Part shown: positions 38,292 to 47,521 of the stretch, piece after piece | Layout: every line of letters starts with the position of its first letter | How positions within the stretch are numbered: position 1 is the stretch's first letter | Source: Pseudomonadota bacterium | GTDB lineage: Bacteria; Myxococcota_A; Polyangia; Polyangiales; JAFGIB01 | Length of the DNA: 64,000 bases | Assembly: GCA_017881185.1 (NCBI GenBank) | Contig: JADGRE010000003.1 | Coordinates: forward strand, 344-64,343 | Reading direction: 5' to 3' | Notes under the pieces: model-generated | Databases searched by the model: none | What the model was told of the DNA's origin: nothing | What the model saw: only the letters and a program-made list of their open reading frames with translations | Made by a program: the position numbers and the translations under genes

Positions 38292-40226
38292 TCACTCCGT
38301 GTCCACCTGGACATCGACGTTGCTCTCCGATTCACCGAAGACCTCGATGGCGTCGCGCACGCGCGGGTGGCTGAGCGCGGCTTGCCTACGCTCCGCGTGA
38401 CGCTGCTTGCGCCCTTCTTGCTCCACCTCGGCCAGCGTGGCGATCTTCGCTCGGCCTTGGGTCCCGCTCGCCGTGGCGCTCGTGACGGCAAGCTCCGGCC
38501 GCGCACCGAGCACCTGCTCTGCGCAGCGCAAGATCTGCTCGCGCGCCGCCGGAGCGTGGGCTTGCCGACCGAAGAACGAGCCTTCGGGGAAACCGATGCG
38601 TAGCAGCCGCGCGCTCACCTCGAGGGGCACGCCATGATCGAGCACGGCGCCGAGCGCAGGCTGGCTCGACTTGAGCTGACTGACGATACGCGCCCAGGCG
38701 TCCGAGGCTGGCGCGTGCGACACACTGGTGGGCTCGGTGGCCGCGGCCGCTGCTTCGGGTTGCACCGCGGGCTGGGCCACTGCTGCAGGCTGCGGGCTCG
38801 CGCTCGGCGCAGGGCTCGCGAGCGCCGCGGCCGTAGCTGCAGCTGTCGTGCTGCCGCCGCCGTTGGTCACCGCCACGGCGATGCTCGACACCGCCGCCGT
38901 CAGCGGCGGACGGCTCGGCTCGCGCTTGATGGTCAGCTCCGCGCGCGCAGGCTCCATGCGAGTGGGCGCGCTTGGTCGCGGTCCAGCGGCAGGTGCGCCG
39001 GCACCGCGCTCGTGGGGCGCCAGGAAGCGCCGGTCGCCACCACCACCACCACCACCGCCCGGGCCAGGCCCCGGCCCGGTACCCAAGCGTTCCTCGAGCG
39101 CGCGCATGCGTTCGATCAATTCGCGCACGGCCATCAGCGGTGGGCGATCGGCCAAGCGCACGAGGCCCATCTCCAATGTGATCTGCGGCGAGCCCGAGTG
39201 GCCCACCTCTTCCACGAGCTTGCCTACGCCCGAGAACGCGCGTTCCAGCTCTTCGCGGCTCTTGCTGCCCGCGATGCGCTTGGCTTCCTCGCGCTCGTCG
39301 GCGACCAGGTCGACCAATTCGTCATCGTCGCCCAGCACGCGCAGCACCACCAGGTCGCGCACGCACTCCAAGAGCTGTCGCGCGAAGTGCAGCATGTCGA
39401 GGCCCTGCTCGCCCACGCTGCTCACGGTGCGCAGGCAGGTGGCCGCGTCGGCACTCAGCATGGCGTCGACCGTGATGAACACGTGCTTGCGGCTGGCGAT
39501 GCCGAGGCCTCGCGCCACGTCTTCGCCCTTGAGCCCGTCGCCGCCGAGTGCCAGCAGTTGATCGAGCACGGTGAGTGCATCGCGCATCGAGCCGGCGGCT
39601 TCGCGCGCCACGATTGCGACCGCGGCGTCGTCCGCCGTGATCGATTCGCGGCTCAAGATCTCGCGCACGCGCGCCGACACGATGGCGTGCGGGATCAAGC
39701 GGAAGTCGTAGCGCTGGCAGCGCGAGCGGATGGTGACCGGAACCTTGTGCACCTCCGTCGTGGCGAAGATGAACTTCACGTGCGCAGGCGGCTCTTCCAG
39801 CGTCTTCAAGAACGCATTGAACGCGCCGGTCGACAGCATGTGCACTTCGTCGACGATCACCACCTTGAAGCGATCGCGCGCCGGTCGAAAGGGCAGGGTC
39901 TCTTGCAAGCGTCGCACGTCGTCGACGCCGTTGTTGGAAGCGCCATCGATCTCGAGCACGTCGAGATCGTTGCCCACCGTGATGTCGCGGCACGGGTCGC
40001 AGGCATTGCACGGCTCGGCCGTGGGACCCTTCTCGCAGTTGAGCGCCTTGGCCAACAGACGCGCCGTGGTGGTCTTGCCCACGCCACGCGCACCGGTGAA
40101 CAAGAACGCATGCGCCACGCGGCCGCCGGCGATGGCGTTGCCGATGGTGCGGCTGACATGCTCCTGCCCCACCAGATCGGCGAAGGTCTGCGGACGGTAC
40201 TTGCGCGCGAGGACGGTGTACGACAT
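38292..40226 (-). CDS. dnaX: DNA polymerase III subunit gamma/tau
   Basis: Motifs are LARKYRPQTFADLVGQEHV, Walker A GARGVGKTT, a Zn module (CEKGPTAEPCNACDPC), Walker B VIVDEVHML and the SRC motif (TIRSRCQRY). There is a long Pro/Ala/Gly-rich tau linker. Confidence 0.95.
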   Translation of the reverse strand: MSYTVLARKYRPQTFADLVGQEHVSRTIGNAIAGGRVAHAFLFTGARGVGKTTTARLLAKALNCEKGPTAEPCNACDPCRDITVGNDLDVLEIDGASNNGVDDVRRLQETLPFRPARDRFKVVIVDEVHMLSTGAFNAFLKTLEEPPAHVKFIFATTEVHKVPVTIRSRCQRYDFRLIPHAIVSARVREILSRESITADDAAVAIVAREAAGSMRDALTVLDQLLALGGDGLKGEDVARGLGIASRKHVFITVDAMLSADAATCLRTVSSVGEQGLDMLHFARQLLECVRDLVVLRVLGDDDELVDLVADEREEAKRIAGSKSREELERAFSGVGKLVEEVGHSGSPQITLEMGLVRLADRPPLMAVRELIERMRALEERLGTGPGPGPGGGGGGGGDRRFLAPHERGAGAPAAGPRPSAPTRMEPARAELTIKREPSRPPLTAAVSSIAVAVTNGGGSTTAAATAAALASPAPSASPQPAAVAQPAVQPEAAAAATEPTSVSHAPASDAWARIVSQLKSSQPALGAVLDHGVPLEVSARLLRIGFPEGSFFGRQAHAPAAREQILRCAEQVLGARPELAVTSATASGTQGRAKIATLAEVEQEGRKQRHAERRQAALSHPRVRDAIEVFGESESNVDVQVDTE

Positions 40227-40350
40227 GGCAGCGGCGATTCGATCGCGACGCGGAAGCTAACAGAAGCGGGCCCCAAGGTCAGCCACTCGCGCAAGTGCAG
40301 GTCTTCTCGTGGGGTTGTGGCCGGTTTTTCGCGTGATGCAGCGCCTTGCG

Positions 40351-40379
40351 TTGACAGTGTTGGGGGTGGCTCGTAAAGT
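40351..40379 (+). promoter_or_regulatory. candidate sigma70-type promoter TTGACA-N17-TAAAGT
   Basis: It has an exact -35 consensus, a 17-nt spacer and a 4/6 match at -10. It lies in the dnaX/pyrG divergent gap, about 210 nt upstream of the pyrG ATG. Pattern match only. Confidence 0.35.
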
Positions 40380-40470
40380 GCCGCCGTGCTCGCAGGGAGT
40401 CGGCGGCTCGAGCAGTTCGTCCATAGAGCAGGCCTGTCTCCGAAGTTGTCTCTGTCTCATGGCCGTGGGG

Positions 40471-40520
40471 TGAGCCGCGGTGAACCGCGGTGAGCCGCGG
40501 TGAGCCGCCATGAACCGCAC
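40471..40520. repeat. 10-bp tandem repeat x5 (TGAGCCGCGG, TGAACCGCGG, TGAGCCGCGG, TGAGCCGCCA, TGAACCGCAC)
   Basis: Read directly from the sequence. The period is exactly 10 bp, and three units carry the CCGCGG palindrome. It lies between the candidate promoter and the pyrG start. Confidence 0.9.
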
Positions 40521-40556
40521 GATCTCGTGTGTCGAGTTTCCAGCTTTCCAAGTTAG

Positions 40557-42245
<1,689 letters not shown>

Positions 42246-42286
42246 TGCTCTGACCGGCTGGCAGTAGCAAGCGCTGCGCTCAGCTC

Positions 42287-43066
42287 GTGTGGCTGGGCAT
42301 CACCGAACGGCGGAGCATGTTGACGTGGCTGATGCTCGCAGGCGCGGGGTTTGCGGCGGGCGTGATCAACGCCATCGCGGGTGGTGGCTCGTTGCTGAGC
42401 TTTCCCGCGTTGCTGCTCACGGGCATGCCACCGGTGGTCGCCAATGCGACCAACACGCTGGCAGTGTGGCCGGGCTCGCTGGCGTCGGCCTGGGCGTACC
42501 GCGCCGAGATTGTGCAGCAGAAGCAGCAAGCACTGCGCCTGCTCTGGCCGGCGCTGCTTGGTGGGCTGCTCGGCTCGTACATCGTGCTGCATACCTCGGA
42601 GCGCGTGTTTCGCGGCGTCATCCCGTGGCTGATCGCGTTTGCGTGCGTGCTGCTGGCACTGCAACCGTGGATCACCCGAAGCGTGGCGCAGCGTTCGGCT
42701 AGTGGTCGCCGTGCCCTGCGCGTGTTGTGGGTCGCGCAATTCTTGATCGCTGTCTACGGCGGCTACTTCGGCGCCGGCATGGGCATCTTGATCTTGGCAG
42801 CACTGGCGATCGTGTTGCCGGTTTCGCTGCAAGCCGCCAACGCGCTCAAGGTGTTTCTCGGCACCCTCATCAACGGCATGGCGGCGCTGTACTTCCTCGT
42901 GCAGGGCGCCGGGCGCTTGCCCGAGGCCGCGTTCATGGCGATCGCTTGTGTTGCAGGCGGCTATGTGGGGGTGCGCGTGGCACGCCGCCTGCCGGCAGCG
43001 GTCTTGCGGGTCGCGGTGGTGAGCTACGGTTTGCTCGTGGCGCTGCGCTTGGCGATGGCCGGCTAA
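42287..43066 (+). CDS. TauE/SafE-family (DUF81) membrane transporter
   Basis: This is a polytopic membrane protein with the family N-terminal motif FAAGVINAIAGGGSLLSFPALL and an internal repeat (YGGYFGAGMGILILAAL). GTG start; ATG 42317 is an alternative. Confidence 0.8.
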   Translation: MWLGITERRSMLTWLMLAGAGFAAGVINAIAGGGSLLSFPALLLTGMPPVVANATNTLAVWPGSLASAWAYRAEIVQQKQQALRLLWPALLGGLLGSYIVLHTSERVFRGVIPWLIAFACVLLALQPWITRSVAQRSASGRRALRVLWVAQFLIAVYGGYFGAGMGILILAALAIVLPVSLQAANALKVFLGTLINGMAALYFLVQGAGRLPEAAFMAIACVAGGYVGVRVARRLPAAVLRVAVVSYGLLVALRLAMAG

Positions 43067-43071
43067 CGCCT

Positions 43072-44175
43072 CTAACGCTTCGGCTTGCGCTCCGGCACTT
43101 TCAGCGGCGTAGTGTTCGTGCGCGTCAGCTTGGCCGCCGACACCGGCTGCACCACGGCGTGGGTCACGCGGTCGCGCGGGCCGTGCGCCTCGTGGCCCCC
43201 GTCACCCTTCTGGGTGTCGCGAATCGCGCGGCTCTCGCTGCTCTCCTCGGTGCCCGAGTAGCGCCCCGGCGATACCGCAAGCTCCACGCGGTTGCGCCCG
43301 CCGCGCTTGGCCGTGTAGAGCGCCGCGTCAGCTGCAGCCACGAGCGTGCTGGCCTTCGTGGCCGAGCCACCCGAGTGGTTGTGGGCCACGCCCACGCTGA
43401 TTGTCACGGGGATCTCGATCTGGTCCCACTTCACCGGCGTGCGCGCGATGATGCTGCGGACGCGTTCGGCGAACTGACGCGCGCCCGAGACGTCGATGCT
43501 GCGCGCGATGATGGCGAATTCTTCGCCGCCGTAGCGGGCCAGCACGTCTTCGGTGCGAACCGACGACTGCAGCCGCAACCCGACCTCACGCAGTACGTGG
43601 TCGCCCGCGTGGTGCCCGTGCCGGTCGTTGACGTTCTTGAAATAGTCGATGTCGCACATCAGCACGCACAGCGTGGTGTGGTGGCGCTCCGCGAACGCAA
43701 ACTCACTGACGACGCGCTCCTCGAGGTAGCGCCGGTTGTACACACCGGTGAGTCCGTCGCGCACGCTCATCTCGTAGATCTGTCGCGAGGCTTGCTGGTC
43801 GATCTGATCTTGCAGCGCGAAGCGCAGCAGCGTGTGACCCAACTGCACGCGGGCGCCGTCGTGGAGGCGCACCCGGCCTTTGGCCTGGGTCTCGGCCACG
43901 AGCGTGCCGTTGGTGCTGCCTGCGTCCTCGAGCTCGTAGTGGTCGCCCACCTGCAGGATGCGCGCGTGCACGCGCGACACGCTGTCGTCCGTGAGCGGGA
44001 TTGCGCAGTCCGGGCTGCGACCGAGCTCGGTGACGGCTCGAGTCAGCTTGTAGGTCGCGCCGACGTCTGCGCCGACCAGGACGGTGAGCGTGCCCTCGCG
44101 TTCGAGCGCAGCTGCTGGTTTGGCTTCGCCGACCACCTCGGTGACCAGCGTCGTATCCATGTCTGGGGTTCGCAT
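43072..44175 (-). CDS. FHA domain + GGDEF diguanylate cyclase
   Basis: The FHA domain shows LGRSPDCAIPLTDDSVSRVHARI...DAGSTNGTLV. The GGDEF domain shows DGLTGVYNRRY, DIDYFKNVND, RYGGEEF with an I-site RTED five residues upstream, and LYTAKRGGRNRV. There is a basic ~90-aa C-terminal tail. Confidence 0.85.
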   Translation of the reverse strand: MRTPDMDTTLVTEVVGEAKPAAALEREGTLTVLVGADVGATYKLTRAVTELGRSPDCAIPLTDDSVSRVHARILQVGDHYELEDAGSTNGTLVAETQAKGRVRLHDGARVQLGHTLLRFALQDQIDQQASRQIYEMSVRDGLTGVYNRRYLEERVVSEFAFAERHHTTLCVLMCDIDYFKNVNDRHGHHAGDHVLREVGLRLQSSVRTEDVLARYGGEEFAIIARSIDVSGARQFAERVRSIIARTPVKWDQIEIPVTISVGVAHNHSGGSATKASTLVAAADAALYTAKRGGRNRVELAVSPGRYSGTEESSESRAIRDTQKGDGGHEAHGPRDRVTHAVVQPVSAAKLTRTNTTPLKVPERKPKR

Positions 44176-44409
44176 GAGCGGCCGCGCGTGTAGCTGCGAT
44201 CGACTGAGATTGCCACAACTGTGCCAGCTTCGGGAGAGCGCTGTTTTGTGCCGTTTCTGGCCAGACCCGCCGTGTCTGCGGCAGCTGCTGTGGTGAATTG
44301 CACCGCGCCCTTGCCGGGCCGCAGCTGTCCAGAGGCCCTCGCGGACATGGGCACAGGTGTAGGCCGCTGTCCGTGGTGCGCGCGCATACGCGCGTGGCCA
44401 GGCCCGTGC

Positions 44410-45111
44410 TCAGAGCGCGAGCGCCTGGGCAGCGTGCGCCAGGCACTGCGGCCCCTCGTGGCGCGGGTCGTTGCCGTAGCCGCAGGTCTGGTAGATCTCC
44501 AGCTCGCCGTCGTAAGGCAAGAGCAGGGCGTGCAGTGCATCTAGATCGGCGGTGGCCGGGTCTAACCAGGCGTTGTAAGCAGCCTTGGGCAGCACGACAG
44601 GCATGCGATCGTGAATCTTGGCGGCGGCCGGGCTCGGCGCGGTGGTGATGATGGCGAACGAGTCGATGACCTCGCCATCTTCGGGATTCACCCAGCGCTC
44701 GTAGATGCCCGCGAAGCAGAACAGGCCGTGCCCCGGAAGCTGGAACAGATACGAACGCTTGTGACCACGCGCGCCCTGGAATTCGTACCAACCGGTGGCT
44801 GGCATCAGGCAGCGCCGGTGCTTCCAAGCTTCACGAAAGAAGGGCTTGTGGGCCACGTCCTCGGCGCGCGCGTTGAAGCTCGAGGGCAGCTCTTTCCGGG
44901 GCTTCTTCCACCACGAGGGAATGAGCCACCAGCGTGCAGGCACAAGCTCGCGCTCGTGTTGCTCGTCGAGCCGCACGATGAACGGTGCGCCGACGCCGCC
45001 ATAACCAGGCGCGATGTTGAAGCGGGGCGGCAGCGCGTCGGGATGATGCGCGAGCCCCAGCTCTGCCACCGCCTGGTCGATCTCCGTGTTCAGAACGGCA
45101 CGGCCGCACAT
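44410..45111 (-). CDS. SOS response-associated peptidase (SRAP/YedK family)
   Basis: Starting at ATG 45111 gives MCGR with the catalytic Cys2. Other motifs are RFNIAPG, ARWWLIPSW, FNARAE and CLMPATGWYEFQ. Confidence 0.85.
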   Translation of the reverse strand: MCGRAVLNTEIDQAVAELGLAHHPDALPPRFNIAPGYGGVGAPFIVRLDEQHERELVPARWWLIPSWWKKPRKELPSSFNARAEDVAHKPFFREAWKHRRCLMPATGWYEFQGARGHKRSYLFQLPGHGLFCFAGIYERWVNPEDGEVIDSFAIITTAPSPAAAKIHDRMPVVLPKAAYNAWLDPATADLDALHALLLPYDGELEIYQTCGYGNDPRHEGPQCLAHAAQALAL

Positions 45112-45169
45112 GGCGTGAACTATACGCCGCGTGCGGCCGTGCGACCGCGTCTCGACTGTGTGCGGAGGA

Positions 45170-46066
45170 TCAGCCGCCGCCAGGGCCACCACCGCCGAAT
45201 GCACGGCACGTGGTGGTCATGCCCTTGACCGCGCTGCGGAAGCCGCAACGATTCAGGGGGTCGCAGCAGGTCACGGTGCAGGTGCCCGCCAGCTGGGCCG
45301 GCACGGCCATGCAGGTGGCCATCGTCGCGCCCGTGCCGCAGGTCGTGACATCCTTGATGGTCGCGTCACAGGTGGACGGGACGACGCACTGGCCGACCTG
45401 TCCGCCCTGAATCGCGGTGCGGGTGCCGCAGTGGCGCGTGGCACCGCTGCTGCAGCAGTTGACCGTGCAGGCCGCCGCCGAGCCCGGGACCGCAGGGCAG
45501 CTTTCGCTGCCACACATCGAGACCGAGCTCACGCCTGTGTCGCAGGTCGGGGGAACCCGGCACTGGCTGACTTGGCCGAGCGTGGCGACGCGCTCTCCGC
45601 AGGTGTTCGCGCCGCTGCAGCACGAGAATGTGCAAGCAGCCGCTCCGCTCTTGACCGCCGGGCAGCTCGCCGTGCCGCACTTGGAGACCGAGCTGGTGCC
45701 CGGATCGCAGGTCACCGGCGTGCCGGCGTCTGCGTTGCTGCCCGCCGCGCCCGTGCCGGCCGCGCTGCCTGCGCTGCCGCCGTCTGCCTTGTTGCCAGCT
45801 GCGCCGCCGCCGTCTGCCTTGTTGCCAGCTGCACCGCTGGTGCCGGCCGTGCTGCCCGCGGCGCCGCCGCTGGTGCCCGAGCCGCCTGTGGCAACAGCCG
45901 CATCGCCCGTGGCGCCCGCGCCAGAGGCTCCCGCGCCGGAGAAGCCGCCGAGGCCCGCGACTCCGCCTCCGTCAGGGGATTTCGCCTTGGGTGCCGAGGA
46001 AGATCCGCAGGCGACTCCCAGCAACAGCCCGACACACACCGCGGCCAGAGCCAGCTTATTCGTCAT
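45170..46066 (-). CDS. lipoprotein: Gly/Ala-rich tether + three tandem 8-Cys modules
   Basis: ATG 46066 gives MTNKLALAAVCVGLLLGVAC|GSS, a signal peptide plus lipobox. About 100 aa of G/A/S-rich linker follow. Then come 3 modules of the form TCD-x8-CG-x3..7-C-x9..10-C-x3-CC-x5..7-CG-x11..12-C. The rest of the 525-aa track ORF overlaps the GATase gene and is rejected. Confidence 0.75.
   Translation of the reverse strand: MTNKLALAAVCVGLLLGVACGSSSAPKAKSPDGGGVAGLGGFSGAGASGAGATGDAAVATGGSGTSGGAAGSTAGTSGAAGNKADGGGAAGNKADGGSAGSAAGTGAAGSNADAGTPVTCDPGTSSVSKCGTASCPAVKSGAAACTFSCCSGANTCGERVATLGQVSQCRVPPTCDTGVSSVSMCGSESCPAVPGSAAACTVNCCSSGATRHCGTRTAIQGGQVGQCVVPSTCDATIKDVTTCGTGATMATCMAVPAQLAGTCTVTCCDPLNRCGFRSAVKGMTTTCRAFGGGGPGGG
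45777..45836. repeat. 30-bp tandem duplication (29/30 identical) inside the lipoprotein linker
   Basis: CCGCCGTCTGCCTTGTTGCCAGCTGCGCCG is followed by CCGCCGTCTGCCTTGTTGCCAGCTGCACCG. On the minus strand this encodes the 10-aa unit (G)GAAGNKADG twice. Confidence 0.9.
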
Positions 46067-46224
46067 GATCGATATTCCCTTGGTCCAGTTCCAGTAGCCG
46101 CCCCTCGCGGCCCCACCGCCCGTGGACGGCACCACCTCGGCTAATAGTGTCCTATGCCCCCGCGCGCGGCTCGTTTCTGGAGTAGGTGGTGGCCGCGGAA
46201 GGCCTGGCAATCTGGCCAGTGGCC

Positions 46225-47034
46225 TCAGCCACGGGGCTGCTCGCCGTGCAGCTGGGGCCCCAGCGCCCGCCTCTTCCTCACCAACTCGGCGAAACGCCGC
46301 AACACAAAGGTCCCGTCGGCTGTGTCGATCGCGTCTTCGGCCAGGCGGTCGGGGTCCAGGCCTTCGGCGACGATCTGCTCGCGCCGCGCCTCGATGTAGC
46401 CGCGCACGATCCCGGCATCGAATTCGGGGTGGAACTGCACGCCCCAGGCGCACTCGCCGAAGCGAAACACGTGGTGCGGATCGAGCTCGGTCGCTCCCAG
46501 CAAGCGCGCGCCTTCGGGCAGCTTGATCACCGACTGCACGTGGCACACCGGCAGGTGCAGCACATCCGCGAAGCGTCCGAACAGCGGGTCGCTCTTGGCG
46601 TGCTCGTTCAGGGTGACATCGGTCGTGCCGATCGCGCGGCCGTTGGGGTTGTTCTGCACCTCGCCGCCGAGCGCGTGCGCCAAGAGTTGGTGGCCGAAGC
46701 AGATGCCGAGCACGGGCTTGCCGAGCGCGACGTAGCGCAACAACCACTCTGCGGTGCGCTCACTCCATCCGTGACGGTCGGTCACCATCGCCGGCGAGCC
46801 CGTGACCACCACGCCGGGCACGCTCTCGGGAGGCGGCAGCGCTTCGTCGCGAAACACCTCGACCACCTGGATCTCGTCTTGTTGCAGGCCCGCCGCGCAG
46901 GCGATCCACACCTCGAAGTCGCGACGCTTGGCGGCGACTTCAGGCACCGCGGTTCCAGCCTTGATGACGAGCAGCGTAATCACCTCCCTATACAGGTACC
47001 GTGCCCGCGCATGGCTGGCAAATGCTTCGAGCAT
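46225..47034 (-). CDS. class I glutamine amidotransferase-like protein (GuaA-N/GATase1 type)
   Basis: Motifs are LLVIKAG, VVVTGSPAMV, the nucleophile elbow LGICFGHQLLA and GVQFHPEF (His/Glu). ATG 47034 has GGTGG 7 nt upstream. The track ORF begins at a TTG at 47064. Confidence 0.8.
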   Translation of the reverse strand: MLEAFASHARARYLYREVITLLVIKAGTAVPEVAAKRRDFEVWIACAAGLQQDEIQVVEVFRDEALPPPESVPGVVVTGSPAMVTDRHGWSERTAEWLLRYVALGKPVLGICFGHQLLAHALGGEVQNNPNGRAIGTTDVTLNEHAKSDPLFGRFADVLHLPVCHVQSVIKLPEGARLLGATELDPHHVFRFGECAWGVQFHPEFDAGIVRGYIEARREQIVAEGLDPDRLAEDAIDTADGTFVLRRFAELVRKRRALGPQLHGEQPRG

Positions 47035-47068
47035 AGAAGCCACCAGCGGTCCCACGGTGTACAAGCGA

Positions 47069-47228
47069 GTGCTGCGACCGGGTGGTTTTGACCCGTTATC
47101 ACGCAGGACCGGGCGCGCAGGGCAAGGCGCGACGAGGAGGAATAGTGGACACTATTTCAATGAGGAGCAACGCAGCCATGCGCGCTCGGGACAAGCGAGA
47201 ATGGGTCAAAACCACCCGGTCGCAGCAC
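47069..47228. repeat. symmetric 160-bp element: perfect 26-bp inverted repeats (47069-47094 / 47203-47228) flanking a concentric AT-rich palindrome AATAGTG-GA-CACTATT (47141-47156)
   Basis: Verified base by base. GTGCTGCGACCGGGTGGTTTTGACCC is the reverse complement of GGGTCAAAACCACCCGGTCGCAGCAC. Both spacers are exactly 46 nt. The element lies in the divergent gap between the GATase gene and the B-box gene. Confidence 0.95.
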
Positions 47229-47231
47229 TAG
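47178..47231 (+). CDS. candidate upstream ORF / leader peptide (17 codons, MRARDKREWVKTTRSQH)
   Basis: GAGGAG (47162-47167) lies 10 nt upstream of ATG 47178. The stop TAG 47229-47231 overlaps an in-frame GTG of the B-box gene (TAGTG). An upstream in-frame GTG at 47145 is also preceded by GAGGAGG. There is no homology evidence. Confidence 0.25.
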   Translation: MRARDKREWVKTTRSQH

Positions 47232-47521
47232 TGGTGGCACCCCAGGTCGCCGCTTGTGCGAATCATGCCCAGCGCGAAGCGATAGGCATCTGCGTGCAGT
47301 GCCGCACGCGCGTATGCAGCGAGTGCGCGACCAAGGTCGAGGGCATCAATTACTGCGTTTCGTGCCTGGCCGGGCTCGCGGTCGATGGCGGCAAGCGCGC
47401 GCCCGAGCGCACCCCAGGCTCGCGGGGACTGGCGTACGTGTCAGCTGGGGCATACTTCGTCGCACTGTGGGTGCTGGTCTGGGGCTACCTCGAGGTGATG
47501 TTGCCCGGAGGTCGCTGGTGA
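47201..47521 (+). CDS. B-box-type zinc-finger protein with C-terminal TM helix
   Basis: The Cys/His pattern is CANHAQREAIGICVQCRTRVCSECATKVEGINYCVSCL. The TM helix is LAYVSAGAYFVALWVLVWGYL. The start is ATG 47201 (weak SD) or GTG 47231 (coupled to the uORF). Confidence 0.65.
   Translation: MGQNHPVAALVVAPQVAACANHAQREAIGICVQCRTRVCSECATKVEGINYCVSCLAGLAVDGGKRAPERTPGSRGLAYVSAGAYFVALWVLVWGYLEVMLPGGRW

Noticed and set aside
38292-40226. A programmed -1 frameshift site in dnaX, and a (CCA)x6 trinucleotide run at 39037-39054 that encodes poly-Gly.
   Set aside because: There is no A-AAA-AAG-type slippery heptamer on the coding strand. The triplet run is in frame inside the low-complexity tau linker and is most simply just a poly-Gly stretch.
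40279-40551. A 90-aa minus-strand ORF covering the 10-bp repeat array.
   Set aside because: Its translation is dominated by the repeat (SPRLTAVHRGSP...). There is no SD, no homology cue and no start context, so it is most likely non-coding.
47069-47228. A MITE or IS remnant, suggested by the 26-bp terminal inverted repeats.
   Set aside because: There is no transposase. The 9-bp direct repeat does not flank the element as a target-site duplication would (its right copy is internal). The arms overlap functional gene starts. A dispersed repeat family cannot be excluded without a genome-wide search.
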